NCBI GenBank assembly: GCA_040772005.1
Contig: JAXGYZ010000013.1
Location: forward strand, 8,241-72,240
Length of the DNA: 64,000 nucleotides
Origin: Anaerolineae bacterium
GTDB lineage: Bacteria; Chloroflexota; Anaerolineae; CG2-30-64-16
Direction: 5' to 3'
The notes under the pieces are model-generated. The model was not told where the DNA came from. It saw only the letters and a program-made list of their open reading frames with translations, and searched no databases. Positions 27,420 to 37,475 of this stretch are shown here, piece after piece. The position numbers and the translations under genes were made by a program. Position 1 is the stretch's first letter; the number at the start of each line of letters is the position of its first letter.

Positions 27420-28310
27420 TCAGACTGCGAGCTTCCCATCCGAGGCGGACCCGGCAGCCGGTTCGCCAGGAGCAACAGCCGGCGCAGCTACGCCGGTCGC
27501 GACCGCCGCGCCGCTCAGGTAGCCGATGTAGGCTGGAATCAGCGGCAGGACACACGGCGACAGGAACGAGAGCAGGCCGCCCAGGAACGCAATAGGCAGG
27601 CTGACCGCGGATGATACGCCGCCCAACTCGACGCTGGCAAGCCCCGTGCCGAACCGTGCGACAAAGAAGTTGGCAATCAGCGACAGACGGTCGTTGAACA
27701 GGAGGATGCCGACCACAATCAGAAAGAGGCCGGTGATCTTGGAGACGAGGCCCAGCCGCCGGTTCAGCCGGCGCAGCACGCCCGTCATGCTGCTGAATGC
27801 AAGCCCTGTCAAGAGGAACGGGATGCCCAGCCCGGCGGAGTAGACCAGCAGCAGCAGCGCGCCCTGCCCGACGGTCTGCGTGTCGCTTGCCAGGAAGTAG
27901 ATCGCAGCCAGCACCGGCCCGACGCAGGGAATCCAGCCCGCGGAGAAGAAGACCCCCATCAGCGCGGAGGAGAGATACCCCCAGCGGCGATCTACGTGCG
28001 CCTGCACGCGGCCCTCAGTGTACATTAGCCGGCCCAGGCCATCTACAGCCCAGATGTAGGCACGGCCCAGCGGGTTGTTCTCGCCGCCCGCCGCGCGGAT
28101 GCGGTCCGCCAGCCAGCCGAGCACGCCCGCCACCTGCAGGCCGAAGAGGATCAGCACCGCGCCGCCGATCTTCACGAACGTGGGCAAGTAAGCGTTGATC
28201 GCATAGCCGAAGAACGCGACCGATGCGCCGAGCGTGACGAAGACCAGGCTGAACCCGATGACGAACGCCAGCGCGTGCGAGAATGTCACCCAACGGCTTG
28301 AAACCGTCAT
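27420..28310 (-). CDS. ccdA: Cytochrome c biogenesis protein CcdA (DsbD TM family), permuted motif order
   Basis: GFSLVFVTLG, GWIPCVGPVL, YSAGLGIPFL, with LLSFLSPCVLPLIPAY at the C-terminus. Confidence 0.85.
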   Translation of the reverse strand: MTVSSRWVTFSHALAFVIGFSLVFVTLGASVAFFGYAINAYLPTFVKIGGAVLILFGLQVAGVLGWLADRIRAAGGENNPLGRAYIWAVDGLGRLMYTEGRVQAHVDRRWGYLSSALMGVFFSAGWIPCVGPVLAAIYFLASDTQTVGQGALLLLVYSAGLGIPFLLTGLAFSSMTGVLRRLNRRLGLVSKITGLFLIVVGILLFNDRLSLIANFFVARFGTGLASVELGGVSSAVSLPIAFLGGLLSFLSPCVLPLIPAYIGYLSGAAVATGVAAPAVAPGEPAAGSASDGKLAV

Positions 28311-28335
28311 ACGAGTCTCCTACTTTGCCATGCCA

Positions 28336-28479
28336 TTACCGTTGTTCCTCGCGCTCCCGCGCCAGCTCGCGCAGGGCCGCGATTTCCTGCTGGATGCTCC
28401 GCTGGCGCTGCATCATGCTGAAGATGAAGACGAACGCTGCCAGCCAGATGATCAGATATGCTGCTACCATAAAAGCCAT
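28336..28479 (-). CDS. ccmD: Heme exporter protein CcmD
   Basis: Manual translation MAFMVAAYLIIWLAAFVFIFSMMQRQRSIQQEIAALRELAREREEQR (47 aa); one TM plus charged tail directly after ccmC; GGGAG RBS. Confidence 0.75.
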   Translation of the reverse strand: MAFMVAAYLIIWLAAFVFIFSMMQRQRSIQQEIAALRELAREREEQR

Positions 28480-28495
28480 GGTCTCAACTCCCTCG

Positions 28496-29191
28496 CTAGT
28501 ATCCCAACTGCTCCTTGAGCAGTTCCACCTCTTCCTTCGTCTGTTCCAGCCGGTAACGGTGAATCAGCAGGACCACGTAGAGCAGGGTGAACGCGGCCAG
28601 GCTGATGAAGAACGCGGTTAGCATGCCGGACGACAGGCCAAACCCCTCATTCGGGTCAATCAACACGGGGTGAATCGTGCGCCACCAGCGAATCGACATG
28701 AACGTGATCGGCACGCTGAGAAAGGCGAAGATGGCATAGACCGACGAAAAGCGCGCCCGCCGTGCTGGGTCCTCCATGGCGCTGCGCAGCATGAAGTAGG
28801 CGACGAACAGCAGGAACATGATCGTGTAGGTCGTCAGCCGCGGGTCCCAGGTCCACCAGACGTTCCACGCGGGCTTGGCCCAGATCGAGCCGCTGGCGGT
28901 TGCGGCCAACGTGAACACCAGCCCCAGCTCGGCGGACGAGACGGCCAGGCTGTCCCAGTTGCGTTTGTTCGAGGCCAGGTAGCCGATGCTGGCGACCATG
29001 GTCACGCCGAACGCCAGCATGCTCAACCAGGCGGCGGGCACATGAAAGTAGATGATGCGCTGCGCGGCTGTTTCGTTAGGCGTCAGCCCCACCGCGTTTG
29101 GCGCCAGCCACAGGGCAAACAGAGCGGCGGTCAGGACGGCCAGCCCGCCCAGGGCCGTAAGTATAACCAGCCAGCGACTGGATCGCTCCAT
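28496..29191 (-). CDS. ccmC: Heme exporter protein CcmC
   Basis: YFHVPAAW, GSIWAKPAWNVWWTWDPRLT (WWD motif), RWWRTIHP. Confidence 0.93.
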   Translation of the reverse strand: MERSSRWLVILTALGGLAVLTAALFALWLAPNAVGLTPNETAAQRIIYFHVPAAWLSMLAFGVTMVASIGYLASNKRNWDSLAVSSAELGLVFTLAATASGSIWAKPAWNVWWTWDPRLTTYTIMFLLFVAYFMLRSAMEDPARRARFSSVYAIFAFLSVPITFMSIRWWRTIHPVLIDPNEGFGLSSGMLTAFFISLAAFTLLYVVLLIHRYRLEQTKEEVELLKEQLGY

Positions 29192-29222
29192 ATCTCAAGC
29201 CTCCGGGGAATATACGTTGATT

Positions 29223-29894
29223 CTACTCTTCAACTACGAAGCCGAAAGTAAGGTACGCCACAACCGTGAAGCCAATGTCGTAGAGGGCGACCAGTTGCAG
29301 CCAGTTCCCCAGCTCGCTCAATGCCATTCCGTCCACCAGACCGCCGGTCATCTTGACGCCCGCGACCAGCACGGGCAGCAGCACAGGGAACAGCAGCACC
29401 GGCAGCAGCACCTCGCGCGCCCGCGTGTTCACGGCCATCGCAGAAAAGACCGTGCCGACCGCAGCAAAGCCATAGGTGCCCAGGAACAACACGAGCAGGT
29501 GTGGGCCGGTGATGAGCGACAGGTTGAAAAAGATCATCACCAGGGGCAGCAGCACGATCTCCACCACCAGGATGAAGATCAGGTTCGCCAGCATCTTGCC
29601 GAAGTAGATGGCCGCCCGGTCCACCGGCGCCAGCAACAGGCCGGCGAGGCTGCCCTTGTCCTGTTCGATGACGAACGCCCGGTTCAGCCCCAGCGTGCCC
29701 GCGAAGCTGATGGCGACCCAGATGATGCCGGGCACCACCATCTTCATCGACGGCACGCGCAGGTCATAGGCAAAGTTGAAGACGATGACGGCCAGCAGCG
29801 CAAAGACAAATACGCTGCTGAGGATGTCCTTCGTGCGCAGTTCCGCCCGGATGTCCTTCCAGATGATCGCGCCGGCAGCTTTCCAGAAGTTCAT
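29223..29894 (-). CDS. ccmB: Heme exporter protein CcmB
   Basis: KDIRAELR, E.DKGSL.GLLLAP, LLPVLLFP. Confidence 0.92.
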   Translation of the reverse strand: MNFWKAAGAIIWKDIRAELRTKDILSSVFVFALLAVIVFNFAYDLRVPSMKMVVPGIIWVAISFAGTLGLNRAFVIEQDKGSLAGLLLAPVDRAAIYFGKMLANLIFILVVEIVLLPLVMIFFNLSLITGPHLLVLFLGTYGFAAVGTVFSAMAVNTRAREVLLPVLLFPVLLPVLVAGVKMTGGLVDGMALSELGNWLQLVALYDIGFTVVAYLTFGFVVEE

Positions 29895-30772
29895 GTCAAG
29901 CTGACTCCTGATAGCCCGCCATTGGCAGCGTTGCGACCACCGACATACTGATCATAGAGGCGGCGGAAGGCTGGCGCGTCGAGGTCATGCGCTGCGGTCT
30001 CGAACACTACGCGGCCGTTTGCCAGGATGACCGCCCGGTCGGCAATGGACAGCCCGCGCTCCAGGCTGTGCGTGACCGTCACGATCGTGCGGGCGCGCTC
30101 GACGCCGGGCTGTACGGAACCGGCCCCGTCAGCCCCGCGGCCGCTCAGCTCGCTCAGCAAACCGTGGAGCATCTCCGCCGCCTGCGGGTCCAGCCCGGTG
30201 TCCGGCTCGTCCAGCAGCAGCACTTCCGGGTCGTGCAGCAGCGCCCGCGCAATTGCCAGCCGCTGCACCATGCCGCGCGAGAAGGTGCGCACCAGGTCCC
30301 CGCGCCGCGCATACAGCCCGACCCGTTCGAGCAGGGCCTTGATACGCGGCTCCGGCCTCTTCAGGTTGTACAGACCGGCAAAGAAGCGGAGGTTCTCCTC
30401 CGCGGTCAGGCTGTCGTAGAGCAGCGGCGCGTGGGACACGACGCCCAGATAGCGCCGGATGCCGTCGGCATGTTGCGCCAGGTCCAGCCCGCCGATGCGG
30501 ACCGTCCCGCTGGAGGGCCGGCTCAGGCTCGATAATATCCGTACGAGCGTGCTCTTGCCCGCGCCGTTTGGCCCGAACAGGACGAGCGATTCGCCCGGCA
30601 TGACGCGCAAATTGACCCCGCGCAGCGCATACTTGCTGCCGAAGGCCTTCGTGAGATTGCGGACCTCGATCATGGCGACACCGGCTGCGCCGCTATCGCT
30701 GGCGATTTCGGCTGCGCCGCTATCGCTGGGAACGACGCCTACGGCATCGTTCAGCTTCCTGCCGTCGCTCAT
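29891..30772 (-). CDS. ccmA: ABC ATPase CcmA
   Basis: GPNGAGKST, FSRGMVQR, LLDEP, VTH; position between the cytochrome gene and ccmB. Confidence 0.88.
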   Translation of the reverse strand: MSDGRKLNDAVGVVPSDSGAAEIASDSGAAGVAMIEVRNLTKAFGSKYALRGVNLRVMPGESLVLFGPNGAGKSTLVRILSSLSRPSSGTVRIGGLDLAQHADGIRRYLGVVSHAPLLYDSLTAEENLRFFAGLYNLKRPEPRIKALLERVGLYARRGDLVRTFSRGMVQRLAIARALLHDPEVLLLDEPDTGLDPQAAEMLHGLLSELSGRGADGAGSVQPGVERARTIVTVTHSLERGLSIADRAVILANGRVVFETAAHDLDAPAFRRLYDQYVGGRNAANGGLSGVSLT

Positions 30773-32547
30773 GCGCCGCCTTCGCGGCGCAGCAGGTCGC
30801 TCAGTTGCGCCTTGAGCCGCAGCCGTTGGTCCCGGTACGCGGTCTCATTCAGTTCACCTGCCTCGTAGGCCAGGTCCAGCCGAGCCAGCGCATCGACCAG
30901 GTCAGCCTGCGTCGCGTCGGCGGCCGCTACCGCAGCACCCGTGCCGGCTGACCGCCCGCGCACGATGGGCAGCAGGATCAACGCGAGCGCGCCCCCCGCG
31001 GCCAGCCCAATCAGCGCAGCGAGCAGCCAGGAGTTCAGCCCGCCGCTGCCGGTCGTGCCCGCGGCCGCGACGCCGCCGGCCGTCGGCAGATTCGTCATGC
31101 GAATGAGAACCTGCTGGCCCGCGGCGAGATTCTGCCCCAACAGGTTGTGATAGCCGCCGTTCTCGGTCGCACGCACGCCCTGGTTCGCAAGTTGGGGACT
31201 GCTCACCTGTTGGCCCACGTCGCTGATGAGGGCATTGACGTTCGTCGCAGGATACGCCAGGGTATGCACGAGGTCAAACTGGCCGCTAGTGTAGGGCAGG
31301 CTGTAACGGAAGAGCAGCTGGCGCACGTTCGTACCGGGGCGCAGCGGGAGCCTGTCCACAAAGCCCTCACCAGTCAGCTCGAAGCGACCCGAGCCATCAT
31401 CGCCGTCGATTTCGACGTTCTGTGCGCCCGCAGGCAAGGAGATGCGCAACACCGCGTTGCCGTCGCCGATGTATGTGCGGTTGCCGTCCAGGCTGAACAG
31501 CAGTAGCTCCGCGACGAGCGCCTGCCCGCTTTCGAATTCGACGATGTAATGCACCCGGTCGGTGCGCAGGCTGGCCGCCTCGGCCGTCGTTTCGTAGACC
31601 GCCAGCGACAGCTCCTTGGCTGTCTCGCCCTCACCGAAGCTCACAAAGTCTGTGTTGTACGGCACGCCCGCCGGGTAGTCGGTGCGCACCACGTAGGCCA
31701 GGCCCGGGTCCGTGTCTAGCTCCGTGAAACTGTACACGCCGTTGGCGTCGCTGACCGCGGTCTGCTGGCCCAACAGGGAGGTGGTGTCGAAGACGCCCAG
31801 TTCGACGGTCAATCCGGCCAGTGGCTCGCCGGTCGTCTCGTTGGTTACAGTACCGGTAATGACGCCCGGGCCCTTCGCCAGCGGCCCGCGGAACAGCGGC
31901 CCGCCGAACGACAGCCCGCGCGTGTACTCCAGGACCGCGGCCTGCTCCTCGGCGCTCAGCTTGTCGGCAAAGCCGGGCATCTCGCCCTTGCCCGCGGCGA
32001 TGGCCTGCGCCCAGGTCGCCTGCGCCACACTCGATGTGGCCGCAAAGTCGGTCAGGTCCGGCACGCCGGCAACCGAGGCCGCGCCCCGGCCGTCCGGGCC
32101 GTGACAGGAGGCACAGTTAGCCTCGTAGACCTGCCGGCCCAGTTCCACCTCGCCGGCGCTGGTATGCAAGGTCCAGGCATAGGCCACCGTATCCCAGATT
32201 TCCTGGTCGGTCAGGCGCTCCTTCCACGGCGGCATCATGCGCTGCATGTTGCCGTTCTTGGTGATGTCGAACCACTCGGCCAGTGACTTGCTCGCGGCAA
32301 GCTGGACATCGCCTAGCCTGGCAGGCGGGACGCTGAGCCCAGAGGCCGAAGGCCCATCGCCCTGGCCGGTCGTGCCGTGACACGGCGCGCAGTTCTCGGC
32401 GTAGCTGGCCGCGCCTGCCAGCGGTTGGGGCGGCGCAGATGCGTCAGAGGTCTCCTGGGCCCATGCTGGCTGTGCCAGGACTGGCAATGCCAGCAGGGCA
32501 GCCAGCAGCGTGCAGGCCAGGAGGATACGGGGCGTTCTAGTCATCAT
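30769..32547 (-). CDS. Membrane-anchored diheme c-type cytochrome with beta-sandwich domains
   Basis: Signal peptide, CAPCH and CASCH each followed by MP, carboxypeptidase-regulatory-like GTVTN segment, C-terminal TM, LARLDLAYEAGELNETAY tail. Confidence 0.8.
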   Translation of the reverse strand: MMTRTPRILLACTLLAALLALPVLAQPAWAQETSDASAPPQPLAGAASYAENCAPCHGTTGQGDGPSASGLSVPPARLGDVQLAASKSLAEWFDITKNGNMQRMMPPWKERLTDQEIWDTVAYAWTLHTSAGEVELGRQVYEANCASCHGPDGRGAASVAGVPDLTDFAATSSVAQATWAQAIAAGKGEMPGFADKLSAEEQAAVLEYTRGLSFGGPLFRGPLAKGPGVITGTVTNETTGEPLAGLTVELGVFDTTSLLGQQTAVSDANGVYSFTELDTDPGLAYVVRTDYPAGVPYNTDFVSFGEGETAKELSLAVYETTAEAASLRTDRVHYIVEFESGQALVAELLLFSLDGNRTYIGDGNAVLRISLPAGAQNVEIDGDDGSGRFELTGEGFVDRLPLRPGTNVRQLLFRYSLPYTSGQFDLVHTLAYPATNVNALISDVGQQVSSPQLANQGVRATENGGYHNLLGQNLAAGQQVLIRMTNLPTAGGVAAAGTTGSGGLNSWLLAALIGLAAGGALALILLPIVRGRSAGTGAAVAAADATQADLVDALARLDLAYEAGELNETAYRDQRLRLKAQLSDLLRREGGA

Positions 32548-32730
32548 CACAGGCGGGCTGTCGCTTTCTAGGGATAGTCCGAACCAAAAACGGCCACCCG
32601 CCACATCGTTGCGACGCCTGCTGGCGGGCGACCGTTGTTACTGCTTGCCGGATATGATATCACGGGCTGAGAGGCTGCGCTAACTTAGAATCGATCCGAG
32701 ACCGTCCGGAGCGAATTTCCGGACAGATAC

Positions 32731-33207
32731 TTACTTGATGGCCTCGACCTTGATCTCTTCGTAATCCTCTTCATAGCGCGACGGGCACTTCAACAGGAGG
32801 TTGTTGGCCTCGACGACGCCGTTGGGCCCAAGCGTGCCTTCGACGATGGCGCTGGACCCCTCACGGGTGATCTGGTCAGGCTGCACGCCGTGGAAGTGGA
32901 TCGCCAGTTGTTTGCTGGCATCGGTCGGGTCCGAAATCTTGAAGTTGAGGTCGAGCGTGGCCGCATCATAGGTGATGCTTTCGGTCACGATGTTGCCGCT
33001 GACCCGGAGGTTCTTGTCGATCAAGGTCGCCTGCTGGGCGACGACTTCGCCCACCTCGCGGTAGTACGCCCCGGCACTGGAAATCGAGGAGATGATCAGG
33101 TACGCGATCAGCGCAACGATGACGACCCCGCCGACAATGAACTTGACTTTGCTGTTGGCCTTGTTGGTCGTGACCGCGCCGCGCAGGATCGTGGAACTCT
33201 CAGCCAT
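32731..33207 (-). CDS. ccmE: Heme chaperone CcmE, CxxxY variant
   Basis: N-terminal TM, AYY, LRVSG, IVEG, LLKCPSRYE. Confidence 0.88.
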   Translation of the reverse strand: MAESSTILRGAVTTNKANSKVKFIVGGVVIVALIAYLIISSISSAGAYYREVGEVVAQQATLIDKNLRVSGNIVTESITYDAATLDLNFKISDPTDASKQLAIHFHGVQPDQITREGSSAIVEGTLGPNGVVEANNLLLKCPSRYEEDYEEIKVEAIK

Positions 33208-33606
33208 TATGCCTCCGAGTGGTGCATCGCCAGGGGGCTGGCCTGATCGATGCTTCTGTAAATGACGCCCGCAGTATAGCATCGAAGGGGCGATGTGTCA
33301 ACGACAAAAGTCACGTAGGGCGCGTTTCATACTGGGGGCGAACGCGGCCAGCGCGCATACGCGAATGGCGCTGCGGCGCTGGGCACGGATACACGAATAT
33401 CCCGCCGCGGCGCACACGATTCGCGTATTCGTGGCGCGCCAGCGCATTCGTTTATCCGCGATGGCCGCGCCCCCAACGTGAAACGCACCCAGTCACGTAT
33501 GAATTTAGCAACGAAATTGTATTTTTGTCTGAAGTCCATTGTTGTGATAAGATTGATGTGTACTGTATCACAACATTATCCCCTTCACAGAGCGGAGCGT
33601 CGGGCA

Positions 33607-34257
33607 ATGCCTATCAGCGTCTTGATTGCTGACGACCACGGCATGGTGCGCCAGGGCTTGCGCATGTATCTCGCGCTCGACCCCGAGATCTCGGTCGTGG
33701 GTGAAGCCTGCAATGGCGCAGAAGCCGTCCAACTGGCCCACGCACTGCATCCCGACGTCGTACTCATGGACCTGCTGATGCCGGTGATGGACGGCATTGC
33801 GGCGACGGGCGCTATCCGGGGTCAATTACCCGACACGCAGGTTGTCGCGCTGACGAGCGTGCTGGAAGATGGCTCTGTCAGTGATGCCGTGCGCGCAGGA
33901 GCCATCGGCTACCTGCTCAAGGATGTCGCGTGCGACGAACTCTGCCGGGCCATCAAGGCGGCCGCCGAAGGACAGGTCCAGCTTTCCCCGAAGGCGATGG
34001 CGCGCCTGGTGCGCGAGGTCAACGTTCCCGGCAGCCCGGAAGTGCTCACCGAGCGCGAGACGGACGTGCTGCGGCTGATCGCACGCGGCTACTCGAACAA
34101 AGAAATCGGACGCACGCTGGGCATTACCGAGAAGACCGCGAAGAATCACGTTGCGAGCATCCTCAGCAAACTGAACCTCACCAGTCGCACGCAGGCGGCG
34201 CTGTTCGCTATTCGCAGCGGGCTGGCCTCGCCCGAGGCGCCGAGCACCCCGCAGTAA
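33607..34257 (+). CDS. NarL/LuxR family response regulator
   Basis: IADDH, VLMDLLMP, GYLLK, LTERE..GYSNKEI..ILSKL..RTQA. Confidence 0.92.
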   Translation: MPISVLIADDHGMVRQGLRMYLALDPEISVVGEACNGAEAVQLAHALHPDVVLMDLLMPVMDGIAATGAIRGQLPDTQVVALTSVLEDGSVSDAVRAGAIGYLLKDVACDELCRAIKAAAEGQVQLSPKAMARLVREVNVPGSPEVLTERETDVLRLIARGYSNKEIGRTLGITEKTAKNHVASILSKLNLTSRTQAALFAIRSGLASPEAPSTPQ

Positions 34258-34267
34258 GGCCCTTTCT

Positions 34268-36712
34268 TTACAGCCGCGCCCCGCGCAGCCGCAGCGAGTT
34301 GGTCACGACGAAGATGGACGAGAAAGCCATCGCAGCCGCGGCCAGCCAGGGTGCATCGTGCAGCAGCCCAGCCGCAGCAACCGGGATCAGCGCCACGTTG
34401 TAGAAGAACGCCCAGAACAGGTTCTGCTTGATCGTGCGCATCACGCTCCGGCTGAGCGCGATGGCCCGGCTGACGCCGGCCAGTTCGCCGCTCATCAGCG
34501 TCACCCCTGCCGTCTCCATCGCGACATCCGTGCCTGTGCCGATGGCGATGCCCACATCCGCCTGCGCGAGTGCGGGTGCATCGTTGATGCCGTCACCCAC
34601 CATCGCCACCACGCTGCGACGGCCCGCCGCGCCATCCGTGTTGAGCGCCGCCAGCCCCTGTTCCTGCAACCGTTTAACTTGCGCGGCCTTGTCGCCGGGC
34701 AACACCTCGGCCAGGACGTGCTCAATGCCGACCTGCTCTGCGATAGCAGCCGCCGTGCGCCGGTTGTCGCCGGTCAGCATGACCACGGCCAGCCCCCGCC
34801 GCTTCAGCTCCGCGATGGCATCGGCTGCACCCGGTTTGACGGTGTCCGCGATGCCGATCACACCCACAACCACGCCGTCGACCGCCACGGTCACGGCGGT
34901 CTTGCCTTCGCCCTGCAGCCGGGCGACGATGTCCTGCCCGGAACCTTGTACGCCCTCGTTCTGCAACAGGCGGTTCGTGCCCACTACGACCTGATGACCC
35001 GCCACCTGTGCCCGGATGCCCTGGCCTGCAATGGCCTCGAACGCCTCCGGCGCAGCCAGCGCCAGCCCCTTGCCCCGCGCAGCCTGGATGATCGCCTCGG
35101 CCAGCGGGTGCTCCGAGCCACGCTCCGCGCTCGCGGCCAGCCGCAAGAGGTCATCGACTGCCTGCTGTCCGCCCTCCGTCGTCACCACGTCCGTCAGCGC
35201 GGGCTGCCCGCGCGTAATCGTGCCTGTTTTGTCCAGCACAACGACCTGCAGCTGCTCGGCGCGCTCCAGCGCCTCTGAGCTGCGGAAGAGGATGCCGTTC
35301 TGCGCACCCCGGCCCGTGCCGACCATGATGGCAGTCGGTGTCGCCAGCCCCAGCGCACAGGGACACGCGATCACCAGCACGGCGACCATGTTGACCATCG
35401 CGGCGGTGAACCCGCCGCGTGCAACGAAGTACCAGCCCAGGAACGTGAGCAGCGCAATGGCAATCACGATAGGCACGAACACGCCGGACACGCGGTCCGC
35501 GAGCGCCTGGATGGGGGCCTTCGAGCCTTGCGCCTCTTCGACGAGGCGGATGATCTGCGCCAGCGCGCTCTCCGCGCCGACCTTCGTGGCCTGCACGTGC
35601 AGCAGGCCCGACTTATTGACCGTGGCGCCGATGACGGGGGCGCCGGGTCGCTTGTCCACGGGCAGGCTTTCGCCGGTCAGCATGGATTCGTCCACCGCCG
35701 AGCGCCCGTCGAGCACCAGGCCGTCTACCGGCAGCTTCTCGCCGGGCCGGACGATGACGGTGTCGCCGGGATGCACGTCCTCCACGGGCACATCCTGTTC
35801 GATGCCGCTGCGCAGCACGCGCGCGGTGCGCGGCTGCAGGCCCATGAGCGCCTTGATGGCCGCACTCGTGCGGCCCTTCGCGACTGCCTCCAGATACTTG
35901 CCGACCTTGATGAGCGTGATGATGAGGGCCGAGGTCTCGAAGTAGACCACGTGTCCCAGGCCAGGGGAGAGCAGCACCGCCACACTGTAAAAGTAGGCTG
36001 CGGAGGAACCCAGCGCAATCAGGACATCCATGTTGGCGCTGCCGTTCTTGAGCGCCTTGTACGCGCCGGTGTAATACTGACCGCCGACATAGAACTGTAC
36101 GGGCGTCGCCAGCGCAAACATCGCCCAATTGAGCCACGGCGCGTGCGGGAGCAGCCCCAGCATGTTCGCCATGCCGAGCAGGAATACCGGCAGCGTCAGG
36201 ATGACGCCCACCCGCAGCATCCGCCGCTGTTGGGCGATCTCCGCCTCGCGCACCTGAGCCTCTGCATCCGCCGGTTGGATGCCGGCCTGGCGCTCGATGA
36301 CGCCGTAGCCTACGTCCACGATCTTCTGCTTGAGGTCGTTGTAGTTGACCAGCGTCGGGATGAAGTCCACCGTCGCGCGTTCGGTCGCGTAGTTGACGCT
36401 GGCGTGGACGACTCCCGGCATCTTCTTGAGGTTGCGCTCGATGGTCGCGGCGCAGTTGGCGCACGTCATGCCGCTGATGGGCAGCTCCAGCTTCGCGGTC
36501 GCGACGCCATATCCCAGGTCCCCGATGAGGGAGCGCATGGCATCCTCGCCGGTCTGGCCCGGATCGTAGGCGACCGTTGCCTTCTCCGTTGCGTAATTCA
36601 CCGCCACATCCGCTACACCGGGCATCTTCTTCAGGTTGCGCTCGATGGTCGCGGAGCAGTTGGCGCACGTCATCCCGGTGATCGGGAGCGTGATTTGTTT
36701 GGTTTCAGCCAT
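34268..36712 (-). CDS. copA: Copper-translocating P1B-type ATPase
   Basis: Two GMTCANC domains, [33 protein letters not shown]. Confidence 0.95.
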   Translation of the reverse strand: MAETKQITLPITGMTCANCSATIERNLKKMPGVADVAVNYATEKATVAYDPGQTGEDAMRSLIGDLGYGVATAKLELPISGMTCANCAATIERNLKKMPGVVHASVNYATERATVDFIPTLVNYNDLKQKIVDVGYGVIERQAGIQPADAEAQVREAEIAQQRRMLRVGVILTLPVFLLGMANMLGLLPHAPWLNWAMFALATPVQFYVGGQYYTGAYKALKNGSANMDVLIALGSSAAYFYSVAVLLSPGLGHVVYFETSALIITLIKVGKYLEAVAKGRTSAAIKALMGLQPRTARVLRSGIEQDVPVEDVHPGDTVIVRPGEKLPVDGLVLDGRSAVDESMLTGESLPVDKRPGAPVIGATVNKSGLLHVQATKVGAESALAQIIRLVEEAQGSKAPIQALADRVSGVFVPIVIAIALLTFLGWYFVARGGFTAAMVNMVAVLVIACPCALGLATPTAIMVGTGRGAQNGILFRSSEALERAEQLQVVVLDKTGTITRGQPALTDVVTTEGGQQAVDDLLRLAASAERGSEHPLAEAIIQAARGKGLALAAPEAFEAIAGQGIRAQVAGHQVVVGTNRLLQNEGVQGSGQDIVARLQGEGKTAVTVAVDGVVVGVIGIADTVKPGAADAIAELKRRGLAVVMLTGDNRRTAAAIAEQVGIEHVLAEVLPGDKAAQVKRLQEQGLAALNTDGAAGRRSVVAMVGDGINDAPALAQADVGIAIGTGTDVAMETAGVTLMSGELAGVSRAIALSRSVMRTIKQNLFWAFFYNVALIPVAAAGLLHDAPWLAAAAMAFSSIFVVTNSLRLRGARL

Positions 36713-36788
36713 TTCATAGCCCTGTGTCTAACGCACGAAGGCGAACCCGCGGTCCGCCTTCGTGCCCCAGCAATTCTCGGAGAGATTT

Positions 36789-36998
36789 TTAGTTCGCCGC
36801 GGGATACCCGATTTCGACCAGGGTTTCCTTGACGCGCGGCAGCACGGCATCATTCTCCAGCACGAAAGTTGCGGTCCGGGTTGCAGCATCGGCCTGCACC
36901 TGTTCGACGCCGGGCAGGTCTGCGGTCTCGCGCTGGATGGTCATCACGCAGTGGTTGCATGAAATGTTCGGGACGCTGAGCGTGACAGTGACGGACAT
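36789..36998 (-). CDS. copZ: Copper chaperone (HMA domain)
   Basis: ISCNHC, IGY; 69 aa, upstream of copA. Confidence 0.88.
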   Translation of the reverse strand: MSVTVTLSVPNISCNHCVMTIQRETADLPGVEQVQADAATRTATFVLENDAVLPRVKETLVEIGYPAAN

Positions 36999-37025
36999 GA
37001 TCTTTCTCCTTTGGAAAAGGTGGCC

Positions 37026-37304
37026 TTATGCCTTGTTGGTGATGCTGAAAACGCCGAGAATTTCGTCGATGACGGCCTCTCGACGCTCGGCGTCATCGCC
37101 ACGGATGGCGGTGGTCACGCAGGAATGCAGGTGTTGGTCCAGCACGATTTCCTGCACCTTGCCGAGCGCAGCCTGTACCGCGCCGATCTGTTTGATGACA
37201 TCGATGCAGTATTTTTCGTCCTCCACCATGCGCTGGATGCCGCGCACGTGCCCTTCCACACTCTGCAACCGCCGGATCACCCCCGCTTTGGTTCGGTCGT
37301 CCAT
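37026..37304 (-). CDS. csoR: Copper-sensing repressor CsoR
   Basis: RLQSVEGHVRGIQRMVE..YCIDV..HLHSCV; ATG 37304. Confidence 0.9.
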   Translation of the reverse strand: MDDRTKAGVIRRLQSVEGHVRGIQRMVEDEKYCIDVIKQIGAVQAALGKVQEIVLDQHLHSCVTTAIRGDDAERREAVIDEILGVFSITNKA

Positions 37305-37374
37305 GTGCTGGCACCCTTTCTTCTTGAATCTGCGGGCAGGATACTGCAAAAGCGGGGCAAGGTCTGTAGGGAAA

Positions 37375-37400
37375 ATACCCATCCCCCATGGGGGGGGTAT
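37375..37400. promoter_or_regulatory. Probable CsoR operator
   Basis: ATACCCATCCCCCATGGGGGGGGTAT, a C-tract/G-tract inverted repeat of the CsoR-operator type, upstream of csoR. Confidence 0.7.
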
Positions 37401-37475
37401 CGGTCGTCAACGAATTCAAATAACGAATGAACCGTACGGCCGTGCGGTTCATTCGTTGCCCCAATTCGTTGATGG

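Noticed and set aside
30682-30730. 27-bp-period tandem duplication in the ccmA N-terminus (SDSGAA twice)
   Set aside because: A local duplication in a dispensable leader; the start may also be downstream at MIEVRNL
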